A stretch of 64,000 nt of DNA from Escherichia phage MLF4. Positions within the stretch are counted from its first letter, which is position 1. Every line of letters begins with the position of its first letter. Location: sequence record NC_055780.1; one strand, 5' to 3'. Positions 9,767 to 18,493 of this stretch are shown here, one piece after another. The notes below the pieces were generated by a model. That model was not told the origin of the DNA, did no database searches, and worked only from the letters and a program-made list of their open reading frames with translations. The position numbers and the translations under genes are program-made.

Positions 9767-10030
9767 ATGTTTAAAGTATATGGTTATGATAGCAACATTC
9801 ATAAATGTGTGTATTGCGATAATGCAAAACGTCTTTTGACCGTGAAGAAACAGCCGTTTGAATTTATCAACATTATGCCGGAAAAAGGTGTTTTTGATGA
9901 TGAGAAAATCGCTGAGCTTCTGACTAAACTAGGTCGTGATACTCAAATCGGCTTGACAATGCCCCAGGTATTTGCTCCTGATGGAAGTCATATTGGTGGA
10001 TTTGACCAACTGCGAGAATATTTTAAATGA
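9767..10030 (+). CDS. nrdC: glutaredoxin/thioredoxin NrdC
   Basis: 87-aa product MFKVYGYDSNIHKCVYCDNAKRLL... matches my recollection of T4 NrdC essentially throughout; CVYC redox motif. Confidence 0.9.
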   Translation: MFKVYGYDSNIHKCVYCDNAKRLLTVKKQPFEFINIMPEKGVFDDEKIAELLTKLGRDTQIGLTMPQVFAPDGSHIGGFDQLREYFK

Positions 10031-10242
10031 TGCTCGAAGGAACTGACTATATTCATGATTACCGCGGAAGCGCGGTATATGTAGGTGATGAAGTTGCAGT
10101 TTATTATGGGTATGGAACTTTGATGACAGCCAAGGTTATTCAAATTAAAAATAATCGTGCTAAACTCGAAGTTTATTATTCTAATGGTGAAAAGTCTATT
10201 TCTAAGTGGAAATACGGCGATTGTATGGTTAAATTGGGGTAA
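10027..10242 (+). CDS. hypothetical protein (71 aa)
   Basis: ORF overlapping nrdC stop (ATGA). Confidence 0.4.
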   Translation: MMLEGTDYIHDYRGSAVYVGDEVAVYYGYGTLMTAKVIQIKNNRAKLEVYYSNGEKSISKWKYGDCMVKLG

Positions 10243-10425
10243 ATATGATTTACGATATTAATGTATCACGAGCTCCGTCAATGGTTACTATTCCAGCCGA
10301 AGAACTAGATCGTCTTCAGAAAATTGAAGAACTTCTTTGGGAAATTGAATGTGACCTGCCATCAGGACTAGAATCCTGGATTGATGATGAAGAACTTAAT
10401 AAATTGCGAAATTAATTGGTGAAAA

Positions 10426-10746
10426 ATGACTATTGAAAATAAATTAGATGTTGATGCAGTTCTGAGCGAAATCATTGAAGACCATGATGCATTTTCGGAA
10501 AACTATGATTTCGATTTTTCCAATTATCTTAAACCTGTCGAAATAGAAGACTGGGTGCAAGATGGTAAATGTCAATATCGTCAGTGTGTTTACTTTAGTC
10601 CAAAACATAATGTACATGTGGCTGTAAATGAATCTCGGTCAGGTTCTTATCATTCTGACTGGTATTATGCAGTTCCGACTGTTGAACTAGTCGAGCTCCA
10701 TGAACGTGTAGTAACTCAGACAGTACGAGAATGGATTACGCTATAA
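10426..10746 (+). CDS. hypothetical protein (106 aa)
   Basis: Acidic 106-codon ORF. Confidence 0.45.
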   Translation: MTIENKLDVDAVLSEIIEDHDAFSENYDFDFSNYLKPVEIEDWVQDGKCQYRQCVYFSPKHNVHVAVNESRSGSYHSDWYYAVPTVELVELHERVVTQTVREWITL

Positions 10747-10869
10747 AACCTTGGTGGGCGGCTAGATGGGAAACTGTAGAGTCAGAGCCGGAAGAACCGG
10801 TTTACACTGATGAAGAAACAGTATATAATGAACCAACGATAAATGACTTAATTGATATGGAGATGGGAC

Positions 10870-11355
10870 ATGATTACAGTAGATAAGTGGTTTAGAATTA
10901 ATCGTACTGATACAGGGCTGTGTAATTACTGGCCGGAACTTAGTGCAGGTACTGTCTTTAAAGTTCGTGAACTCGCAAAAGAATGTGAAGATGATATAGA
11001 GCCTGACACTGGAATTATTGAAATTGAACTTTCTGATGGAAAAATTATTAACATCTACGATAAGCCAATTACGTATTGGTGCTTGTGGAATACTGAATCA
11101 GTAGAAAATGGCGAAATTGAAGAAGTTGTAGAGAGAACTAATCAAGTTGTTCAGAAGCCTAAAGCCGATTTTCAAGGTGAACGTATTCCATACGCATTAG
11201 CTAAATTAGCTGCGCAAGAAAATAACGATGGCTATGAAGGTAACCTGATGCAAGCTGCCGCAGAATACATTGAATGGCTTGAAAATCAAATTTCTTTTTC
11301 TGACCAAAAGATTCGGCAATATAAGCGATTGAATCAAATGTTTTACAATACTTGA
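10870..11355 (+). CDS. hypothetical protein (161 aa)
   Basis: Start set at ATG with SD GGAG 7 nt upstream (track start 10852 is TTG). Confidence 0.45.
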   Translation: MITVDKWFRINRTDTGLCNYWPELSAGTVFKVRELAKECEDDIEPDTGIIEIELSDGKIINIYDKPITYWCLWNTESVENGEIEEVVERTNQVVQKPKADFQGERIPYALAKLAAQENNDGYEGNLMQAAAEYIEWLENQISFSDQKIRQYKRLNQMFYNT

Positions 11356-11366
11356 AAATAATAAAT

Positions 11367-11392
11367 ACCCTTATCTATTTAAGGTAAGGGTT
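11367..11392 (+). promoter_or_regulatory. hairpin (ACCCTTA / TAAGGGT) over gene 49 ribosome-binding region
   Basis: 7-bp inverted repeat with 12-nt loop ending 4 nt before the ATG; ATAAATA late-promoter-like element just upstream. Confidence 0.45.
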
Positions 11393-11396
11393 TATT

Positions 11397-11870
11397 ATGT
11401 TATTGACTGGCAAATTATATAAAGAAGAAAAACAGAAATTTTATGATGCACAAAACGGTAAATGCTTAATTTGCCAACGAGAACTAAATCCTGATGTTCA
11501 AGCTAATCACCTTGACCATGACCATGAATTAAATGGACCAAAAGCAGGAAAGGTACGTGGATTGCTTTGTAATCTCTGCAATGCCGCAGAAGGTCAAATG
11601 AAGCATAAATTTAATCGTTCTGGCTTAAAGGGACAAGGTGTTGATTATCTTGAATGGTTAGAAAATTTACTTACTTATTTAAAATCCGATTACACCCAAA
11701 ATAATATTCACCCTAACTTTGTTGGAGATAAATCAAAGGAATTTTCTCGTTTAGGAAAAGAGGAAATGATGGCTGAGATGCTTCAAAGAGGATTTGAATA
11801 TAATGAATCTGACACTAAAACACAATTAATAGCTTCATTTAAGAAGCAGCTTAGAAAGAGTTTAAAATGA
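11397..11870 (+). CDS. 49: endonuclease VII (Holliday-junction resolvase)
   Basis: 157-aa product MLLTGKLYKEEKQKFYDAQNGKCLICQ... recognised as T4 gp49; H-N-H-like Cys/His motifs. Confidence 0.9.
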   Translation: MLLTGKLYKEEKQKFYDAQNGKCLICQRELNPDVQANHLDHDHELNGPKAGKVRGLLCNLCNAAEGQMKHKFNRSGLKGQGVDYLEWLENLLTYLKSDYTQNNIHPNFVGDKSKEFSRLGKEEMMAEMLQRGFEYNESDTKTQLIASFKKQLRKSLK

Positions 11871-13684
11871 CAATTGAAAAAGAAATTGAAGGATTGATTC
11901 ATAAAACTAATAAAGACCTTTTAAACGAGAATGCTAATAAAGATTCTCGTGTTTTTCCAACTCAACGGGACCTTATGGCTGGTATTGTGTCTAAACACAT
12001 TGCCAAAAATATGGTCCCGTCTTTTATTATGAAAGCGCATGAAAGCGGAATTATTCATTTCCATGATATTGATTATTCCCCTGCTCTTCCATTTACTAAT
12101 TGCTGTTTAGTAGATTTAAAAGGAATGCTTGAGAACGGATTTAAGCTTGGTAATGCACAGATTGAAACTCCTAAATCAATCGGTGTTGCTACTGCAATTA
12201 TGGCACAAATTACTGCACAGGTTGCTTCCCATCAATACGGCGGAACGACTTTTGCTAATGTAGATAAAGTACTTTCTCCTTATGTTAAACGCACCTATGC
12301 AAAACATATTGAAGATGCAGAAAAATGGCAAATCGCTGATGCGTTGAATTATGCTCAATCTAAAACAGAAAAAGATGTATACGATGCATTCCAAGCTTAT
12401 GAATATGAAGTAAATACTCTCTTTAGTTCAAACGGACAAACACCTTTTGTAACAATTACATTTGGTACAGGAACTGACTGGACTGAACGAATGATTCAGA
12501 AAGCAATTCTGAAAAATCGTATTAAAGGTCTCGGTCGTGATGGGATAACTCCTATTTTCCCTAAGCTTGTTATGTTCGTTGAAGAAGGTGTTAATCTTTA
12601 TAAAGACGATCCGAACTATGATATTAAACAGCTTGCTCTAGAGTGCGCAAGCAAAAGAATGTATCCTGATATTATTTCAGCTAAGAACAATAAAGCTATC
12701 ACTGGCTCATCTATTCCTGTTTCTCCAATGGGTTGTCGTAGTTTCTTGAGCGTATGGAAAGATTCGACTGGCAATGAAATTCTTGATGGACGTAATAATC
12801 TCGGTGTTGTAACACTGAATCTTCCTCGTATCGCATTAGATTCTTATATTGGAACACAGTTCAATGAACAGAAATTTATCGAATTGTTCAATGAACGAAT
12901 GGATTTATGTTTTGAAGCTTTGATGTGTAGAATTAGTTCCTTAAAAGGAGTTAAAGCGACTGTTGCTCCTATTCTTTACCAAGAAGGTGCATTCGGGGTT
13001 CGTCTTAAACCTGATGACGATATAATTGAGTTATTTAAAAACGGCAGAAGTTCAGTGTCTTTAGGATACATTGGTATTCATGAATTGAATATTCTTGTCG
13101 GTCGTGATATTGGACAAGAAATTTTAACTAAAATGAATGCTCGTCTTAAGCAGTGGACTGAAAGAACCGGATTTGCTTTTAGTTTATATTCGACTCCTGC
13201 TGAAAACCTTTGTTATCGCTTCTGTAAACTCGATACCGAAAAATATGGAAGTGTAAAGGATGTTACCGATAAAGGCTGGTACACTAACAGTTTCCATGTT
13301 TCAGTAGAAGAAAATATTACTCCGTTTGAAAAGATTTCTCGCGAAGCGCCGTATCATTTCATTGCGACAGGCGGTCACATTTCTTATGTTGAACTTCCAG
13401 ATATGAAAAACAATTTAAAGGGTCTTGAGGCTGTCTGGGATTATGCTGCACAACATTTAGATTATTTTGGTGTTAATATGCCGGTAGATAAATGTTTTAC
13501 ATGCGGAAGTACCCATGAAATGACTCCTACTGAAAACGGATTTGTTTGTTCTATCTGTGGAGAAACTGATCCTAAAAAGATGAACACAATAAGAAGAACA
13601 TGTGGTTATTTGGGAAATCCGAACGAACGTGGATTTAATCTCGGTAAAAATAAAGAAATCATGCATAGGGTTAAACACCAATGA
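11867..13684 (+). CDS. nrdD: anaerobic ribonucleotide reductase NrdD (uninterrupted)
   Basis: 605 codons, C-terminal glycyl-radical region and CxxC...CxxC zinc ribbon; same length as spliced T4 NrdD. Confidence 0.9.
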   Translation: MTIEKEIEGLIHKTNKDLLNENANKDSRVFPTQRDLMAGIVSKHIAKNMVPSFIMKAHESGIIHFHDIDYSPALPFTNCCLVDLKGMLENGFKLGNAQIETPKSIGVATAIMAQITAQVASHQYGGTTFANVDKVLSPYVKRTYAKHIEDAEKWQIADALNYAQSKTEKDVYDAFQAYEYEVNTLFSSNGQTPFVTITFGTGTDWTERMIQKAILKNRIKGLGRDGITPIFPKLVMFVEEGVNLYKDDPNYDIKQLALECASKRMYPDIISAKNNKAITGSSIPVSPMGCRSFLSVWKDSTGNEILDGRNNLGVVTLNLPRIALDSYIGTQFNEQKFIELFNERMDLCFEALMCRISSLKGVKATVAPILYQEGAFGVRLKPDDDIIELFKNGRSSVSLGYIGIHELNILVGRDIGQEILTKMNARLKQWTERTGFAFSLYSTPAENLCYRFCKLDTEKYGSVKDVTDKGWYTNSFHVSVEENITPFEKISREAPYHFIATGGHISYVELPDMKNNLKGLEAVWDYAAQHLDYFGVNMPVDKCFTCGSTHEMTPTENGFVCSICGETDPKKMNTIRRTCGYLGNPNERGFNLGKNKEIMHRVKHQ

Positions 13685-14151
13685 ATTATGATAGATTTTA
13701 TCCTTGCGATTTTGTGAATGGCCCTGGTTGCAGGGTCGTTCTTTTCGTTACAGGTTGTTTGCATAAATGTGAAGGGTGTTATAATAAATCAACATGGAAT
13801 GCTAGAAATGGTATTCCATTCACTGGTGAAACACTAGAACAATTAATTGAATGTTTGAATAATGATTATATAGAAGGATTAACTATAACTGGGGGTGACC
13901 CTCTTTATCCTGATAACAGAGACGTGATTCACTCTGTGGTTCAAACTATTAAAAATCTTTATCCCAATAAAAGCATTTGGTTGTGGACAGGATATAAGTT
14001 TGAAGATATTAAACAACTAGAAATGCTTAAATATGTTGATGTTATTATTGATGGGAAGTATGAGAAAAATCTTCCGACTAAAAAGCTGTGGCGAGGATCA
14101 GATAATCAGCGACTTTGGTCAAATACCGATGGGGTGTGGACACATGATTAA
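13681..14151 (+). CDS. nrdG: anaerobic RNR activase NrdG (radical SAM)
   Basis: 156 codons; CLHKCEGCYN radical-SAM cysteine cluster; recognised as T4 NrdG. Confidence 0.9.
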   Translation: MNYDRFYPCDFVNGPGCRVVLFVTGCLHKCEGCYNKSTWNARNGIPFTGETLEQLIECLNNDYIEGLTITGGDPLYPDNRDVIHSVVQTIKNLYPNKSIWLWTGYKFEDIKQLEMLKYVDVIIDGKYEKNLPTKKLWRGSDNQRLWSNTDGVWTHD

Positions 14152-14266
14152 ATTGAATTACATTATGGATACTATAAATGATATGATTTTTCATTTTGGT
14201 CCAGAATTTTATTCGCAATATAGTTTAGTGCTTATCAATGCTTGGTTAATCAATTAAGGGTAAAAT

Positions 14267-14482
14267 ATGTATAAATTTCGTAAAGGTTTAGCTGATTTTC
14301 TTACAACTGTAACGTTCTTTCTGTTTATGGCAGTTGGAGCTATTTTCCTTATTCCTTTTATTGTTGTATTTTTCGTGATTAGTTTAATTTCTCCAGAAAA
14401 GGGCTTATCTTCTAGTGAGTTCAATGAGCGTCTGGATAAAATTACTAACAAGCTGAATGCTGTTCTTGATAAAAAGGCTTAA
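14267..14482 (+). CDS. hypothetical membrane protein (71 aa)
   Basis: One long hydrophobic helix; SD AAGGGTAAAATATG. Confidence 0.4.
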   Translation: MYKFRKGLADFLTTVTFFLFMAVGAIFLIPFIVVFFVISLISPEKGLSSSEFNERLDKITNKLNAVLDKKA

Positions 14483-14484
14483 TT

Positions 14485-14796
14485 ATGATTAGTTTTGAGC
14501 GGTATGTAGTAGAGAGTTGGAAGGGGTTTGATATGTTCGGTAATGACTATTATTTTTACGAATGTAGTCTAAATCCTAGTTTTTGGGCTGGACGTGAACG
14601 AGATCTCGAAGAAATTAATGCTCGTGCCGAATTGTTAGGTGAACTGCCTACGGTTTATTTTACCTTTGATGCATCTGGATTTGTTATCCAGGTTTATTTT
14701 CCTGAAGAAAACTCTGGTGAGGATTCTGTTAATCCTCCTTATTGGGCTTACCAAGGAATTATTTCTCGTGGAACAAAACTCGAACTTAAAGAATAA
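14485..14796 (+). CDS. hypothetical protein (103 aa)
   Basis: ORF whose TAA stop (14794-14796) sits at the N-terminus of the downstream glutaredoxin-like frame. Confidence 0.45.
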   Translation: MISFERYVVESWKGFDMFGNDYYFYECSLNPSFWAGRERDLEEINARAELLGELPTVYFTFDASGFVIQVYFPEENSGEDSVNPPYWAYQGIISRGTKLELKE

Positions 14797-15091
14797 GATT
14801 GAAGTCTACGGAATTCCAGATGAAGTTGGTCGTTGTCCTGGATGTCAATCAGTTACAAAACTTCTAAAGGAGCTCAATGCTCCTTTTACTTTCTATAAAG
14901 TTCTTACTAATAATGGTAAGATTGAGTACGATCGCCCATTGATTGTATCTCTTGCTAAACGCGCTGGATTCACATCTCTTAATATTCGGTATCCTGTCAT
15001 TTTCATTAATGATTCTAGACAAAAGAACATTAAACACTTCAAAGAAACTCTCATTTCACTTGGATATGATAGAGATATCATAGAAGACTAA
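14768..15091 (+). CDS. glutaredoxin-like protein (NrdC/NrdH-like), start codon uncertain
   Basis: KIEVYGIPDEVGRCPGCQ... aligns with NrdC MFKVYGY...CVYC; no in-frame ATG near the N-terminus, nearest GTG at 14768; track start 14639 rejected as over-extended. Confidence 0.45.
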   Translation: MEQNSNLKNKIEVYGIPDEVGRCPGCQSVTKLLKELNAPFTFYKVLTNNGKIEYDRPLIVSLAKRAGFTSLNIRYPVIFINDSRQKNIKHFKETLISLGYDRDIIED

Positions 15092-15093
15092 GA

Positions 15094-15118
15094 CGGGCCC
15101 TCTGGGCCTTTCTTTCTT
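15094..15118 (+). terminator. intrinsic terminator
   Basis: GGGCCC-TCT-GGGCC hairpin followed by TTTCTTTCTT right after stop at 15091. Confidence 0.5.
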
Positions 15119-15189
15119 ACATTCTGTATATTACCATTCTAAGCTATCGTTCCTTTCTTATCATTCCCTAAAATATTTTTCACAAAGTT

Positions 15190-15219
15190 GTTTACAACAA
15201 GCTCAAACTGTGGTATTAT
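15190..15219 (+). promoter_or_regulatory. T4-type early promoter
   Basis: GTTTACA + 17 bp + TGGTATTAT. Confidence 0.6.
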
Positions 15220-15249
15220 TAACACATGAATTGCCTTTGAGGAATTGAT

Positions 15250-15432
15250 ATGGTTGTGGTTGATAAAGAAATTAAAAAGGGGCAGTATTATCTCATTAAT
15301 GGTAATGCTGTTCGTGTTACTCATGTAAATAGTTTTGAAGTTTGCTATATTATACTCAAGTTACATAAACGCATGATTTGCGATCGTGCTGCATTTAGTT
15401 CAGTTGCTAAGGAAATTAAACTCCATGGGTAA
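15250..15432 (+). CDS. hypothetical protein (60 aa)
   Basis: First ORF after early promoter. Confidence 0.4.
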   Translation: MVVVDKEIKKGQYYLINGNAVRVTHVNSFEVCYIILKLHKRMICDRAAFSSVAKEIKLHG

Positions 15433-15718
15433 AACGTATCGTCGTAAAGATTTAAAAGTACGTGATTATGACTATTTCGGAAAGCGTAAAGCTCCTGATG
15501 GGGTAAGTCATAAAGATATGGTTGAAAACATTTTTCGCTCAGATAAATGGCGTAGAATGAAAGGTATTGATTCAGAAGTTAAAGATGAGCTAAATCGCCA
15601 ATTACGTGGTGAAGTAAGAAAGTTGAAAAAATCAGTTTACATTGACGATGATTTTGATTATAATACTTCTCAACGAGTTGCTAAACGTAAATCAAACGAG
15701 TGTTATCGTTACAGCTGA
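15425..15718 (+). CDS. hypothetical basic protein (97 aa)
   Basis: Start placed at internal ATG of track ORF 15386..15718; Lys/Arg-rich. Confidence 0.35.
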   Translation: MGKTYRRKDLKVRDYDYFGKRKAPDGVSHKDMVENIFRSDKWRRMKGIDSEVKDELNRQLRGEVRKLKKSVYIDDDFDYNTSQRVAKRKSNECYRYS

Positions 15719-15725
15719 GGAAATT

Positions 15726-15857
15726 ATGAATATCAAACGAATGCTTTTTAAGCAGGGGTTATACACTTTAAATGTTACTCCAAAAGGTGATACAACTAAG
15801 TGGTCAGTAAATGACTGGATTAAATTTATTGATGAAAACGGTAACTGGAAAATTTAA
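15726..15857 (+). CDS. hypothetical small protein (43 aa)
   Basis: ATG with SD GAGGAAATTATG; track ORF 15642..15857 trimmed to this start. Confidence 0.35.
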   Translation: MNIKRMLFKQGLYTLNVTPKGDTTKWSVNDWIKFIDENGNWKI

Positions 15858-16058
15858 ATGAATCCTGAATCTAAATTATCACAACGAATTGCCGAATCTC
15901 GTCGTCAGTTCTTTGAAAATATGATAGCCCAAGGTATTGATGACGAAGTTTTTCTAAACTGGTTTTGGAATCACAAATATTCAAGTTGCTCAGGAGCAAT
16001 ATTAATATCAGCCGCAATGATGTACGAAGGCTGGAAGGGTGCCAAAAAGTTTAGCTAA
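15858..16058 (+). CDS. hypothetical protein (66 aa)
   Basis: ORF ending immediately before terminator. Confidence 0.4.
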   Translation: MNPESKLSQRIAESRRQFFENMIAQGIDDEVFLNWFWNHKYSSCSGAILISAAMMYEGWKGAKKFS

Positions 16059-16075
16059 GGGCTTCGGCCCTTTTT
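16059..16075 (+). terminator. intrinsic terminator (GGGCTTCGGCCC + T5)
   Basis: UUCG-tetraloop GC hairpin plus TTTTT. Confidence 0.7.
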
Positions 16076-16110
16076 GGATAATAAAATTTTAACGCAATTG
16101 AGGATAATGT

Positions 16111-16437
16111 ATGACTATTCAAATTAAAAACGTCATTAATTCTTACGCATATGATAAAGTAGTTTCTTTGCTAGAAAAAGGCGATATTGTAACTCCTCAA
16201 ATTTTGGATAAATGGGAAAAAGAGCTTCATCAAACGATGAAACAGAATGATCAGAAGATTGGACGCAATACTGTCCGTGAATTGTTGGTTCAATATATCT
16301 TGTCAGAATTTGATGTTAAAGCTTTTGGCGTAGAATCTAAAGCTTATCAAAAGCATGAAATTTCCGATAAAACTATTCGTCGCATGAAAAATCAACGCAA
16401 GAAAAAATTTGCAGACCTGAAAATTACTAAGGTATAA
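16111..16437 (+). CDS. hypothetical protein (108 aa)
   Basis: SD GAGGATAATGTATG. Confidence 0.45.
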   Translation: MTIQIKNVINSYAYDKVVSLLEKGDIVTPQILDKWEKELHQTMKQNDQKIGRNTVRELLVQYILSEFDVKAFGVESKAYQKHEISDKTIRRMKNQRKKKFADLKITKV

Positions 16438-16439
16438 TT

Positions 16440-16655
16440 ATGAACGAAGCTCTTATTAACGATTTGCGTCTTGCCGGATATGAAGTAAATACAAATGGCA
16501 TTGGTTTAACTCAAATTGAAGGAAATGGATTCATCCTTGAGTATGAATTTAGCCAATGGTGGTTATACGCTAATTACGGCGAATTGATTGAATATGTTGA
16601 TCAATTTGATTCACTAGATGCAGCTCTTGAAGCGGCTAAGTTGATGAATGTATGA
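16440..16655 (+). CDS. hypothetical protein (71 aa)
   Basis: Tightly coupled ORF. Confidence 0.4.
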   Translation: MNEALINDLRLAGYEVNTNGIGLTQIEGNGFILEYEFSQWWLYANYGELIEYVDQFDSLDAALEAAKLMNV

Positions 16656-16921
16656 AATTTATTAATATTTCTATTACTATTGAAAATTATGGCATTTTCT
16701 ATGTTGACCAATACATGAAAATTTCATTTTTCCCAAATAAGACTGGTGTTGGATATTGGGAAAGCCATGTTTCTGAATTAAATGAAAGTGAATATGTTAG
16801 TACACATGAAAAGTTTTTAGACTTTTTATATCATGCTGATCTAACTAGTCATTATATAGATATTCATGAATTTAAAAAGATGATGGAAAAAGTATTCCAA
16901 GCATACTGTTTACTTAGATAA
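16652..16921 (+). CDS. hypothetical protein (89 aa)
   Basis: ATGA overlap with upstream stop. Confidence 0.4.
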   Translation: MKFINISITIENYGIFYVDQYMKISFFPNKTGVGYWESHVSELNESEYVSTHEKFLDFLYHADLTSHYIDIHEFKKMMEKVFQAYCLLR

Positions 16922-16999
16922 CTGATATCCTCTATGCTTTAAGATAGATCTTCAAATATTATGATATAATAGATCTATGAATTGAGCTAAGAGGTGAAA

Positions 17000-17557
17000 A
17001 TGTCAGAAACTAAGCCTAAATATAATTACGTAAACAATAAAGAGCTTTTACAAGCTATTATTGATTGGAAAACAGAATTAGCAAATAATAAAGACCCAAA
17101 TAAAGTAGTTCGTCAGAATGATACTATCGGATTAGCCATTATGCTTATTGCAGAAGGCTTATCTAAACGTTTCAACTTTTCAGGATACACCCAGTCTTGG
17201 AAACAAGAAATGATTGCAGATGGTATAGAAGCTTCTATTAAGGGGCTTCACAATTTTGATGAAACGAAATATAAAAACCCACATGCATATATAACTCAAG
17301 CTTGTTTTAATGCATTCGTCCAGCGTATTAAAAAAGAACGTAAGGAAGTTGCAAAGAAATATAGTTACTTCGTTCACAATGTCTATGACAGCCGTGACGA
17401 CGATATGGTTGCGTTAGTAGATGAAACTTTTATTCAAGACATCTACGATAAAATGACGCATTACGAAGAATCAACCTATAGAACACCGGGGGCTGAAAAG
17501 AAAAGTGTTGTAGACGATTCTCCTAGTTTGGATTTTTTATATGAGGCTAACGATTAA
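17000..17557 (+). CDS. 55: late-transcription sigma factor gp55
   Basis: 185-aa product [23 protein letters not shown]... recognised as T4 gp55; SD GAGGTG; track start 16994 is GTG. Confidence 0.9.
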
Positions 17558-17759
17558 CCTCTCCGGATTCTTGGAAGAAATACCTGAAGTTGAAGCTATT
17601 CCCTATTTACTTAAAATGTATCTCAGGGAAGTTTTAGCTCTTGACATTGATATTGATCCAGAAAATCCGTATGATACCGCTTTTAAATCTAATGGTGTAG
17701 AATTAAACTATCGGTATCATTTAACAGATGATGATTTTTATTTTATATTAGAGAAATAA
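17541..17759 (+). CDS. hypothetical protein (72 aa)
   Basis: ORF overlapping 3-prime end of gene 55 by 17 nt. Confidence 0.35.
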
Positions 17760-17760
17760 T

Positions 17761-18078
17761 ATGACTGATAAACCCGAAATTAATGATGAAGTGGAAAAGC
17801 TTATTTCTTCTATTGAAGAAAAGAACCGTCTTGAAGCAGAAAGAAAAGCAAATAAGTTATTGTCTAAAAACAAACGCGAACTGAATCGTCTTTATAAGCA
17901 CGCTCAGATCGCAGCTGAAAACAATAATTTTGCTCAATACGAATATGCTATCAAGAAAAGTCGGGATATTCTAAAACAGCCATATAACGATGAACTCATC
18001 AGTATTCTTTGGAAGACTACTAGATCGCAGATTGAGGATATGATTGATGCTTACACACGTAAAATTCAAGCGTCTTAA
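17761..18078 (+). CDS. hypothetical protein (105 aa)
   Basis: Charged, helical-looking ORF. Confidence 0.45.
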   Translation: MTDKPEINDEVEKLISSIEEKNRLEAERKANKLLSKNKRELNRLYKHAQIAAENNNFAQYEYAIKKSRDILKQPYNDELISILWKTTRSQIEDMIDAYTRKIQAS

Positions 18079-18250
18079 AATTAATGCAGGATTTACTGAA
18101 TCTTTGAATGGTCATCTTTGTGTGAAAATTTCTGAAAAAGAATACCATGATAGTTCAATTAAAGAAGTTAATCCTCCTATTGTAAGAGCAGACCCTAATA
18201 TGAAAGTGTGGGTTGATTCTTATCAAGTCAAAAAATGGTGGCAACTATGA
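18044..18250 (+). CDS. hypothetical protein (68 aa)
   Basis: ORF from track; overlaps upstream ORF by 35 nt. Confidence 0.3.
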   Translation: MMLTHVKFKRLKINAGFTESLNGHLCVKISEKEYHDSSIKEVNPPIVRADPNMKVWVDSYQVKKWWQL

Positions 18251-18426
18251 AAGATGAACACCCAGACTTCTGAAATAGATTATAATAAAATTCGTTCCTC
18301 TAAAGAGGAAATGATGAGACGCTTTAAAGAGTCTCATGATAAAGCTAAAGCAGAAGGAACTATAACATATAAGCGCATAAAATTTAAAAGTTCTAACGAG
18401 CCTCTATATGGCGTATTATGCGGATA

Positions 18427-18440
18427 GGAGCTTCGGCTCC
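18427..18440 (+). terminator. possible intrinsic terminator (GGAGCTTCGGCTCC)
   Basis: UUCG hairpin but weak T-run. Confidence 0.4.
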
Positions 18441-18444
18441 TATA

Positions 18445-18469
18445 TTGCTTTATAAATTTTTGGTAAAAT
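18445..18469 (+). promoter_or_regulatory. T4-type middle promoter (MotA box TTGCTTTA + -10 TAAAAT)
   Basis: MotA-box match with about 12-bp spacing to a TAnnnT -10, upstream of a-gt. Confidence 0.5.
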
Positions 18470-18493
18470 AAACCAAAACAAAGAGGATATTAA

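Noticed and set aside
11867-13684. Search for a group I intron or intein interrupting nrdD
   Set aside because: The ORF is continuous for 605 codons, with no frame break or long insertion; no intron is present in this window.
14639-14767. Track start (GTG 14639) for the glutaredoxin-like ORF, giving a 150-aa protein
   Set aside because: The first 43 codons lie entirely inside the upstream ORF in another frame and translate to low-complexity hydrophobic sequence; the glutaredoxin homology begins only at about 14795.
16934-16970. MotA-box middle promoter upstream of gene 55 (TGCTTTA at about 16935 with TATAAT at about 16965)
   Set aside because: Spacing between the MotA-box-like sequence and the nearest -10 hexamer (about 23 bp) does not fit the 11-13 bp seen at the other middle promoters.
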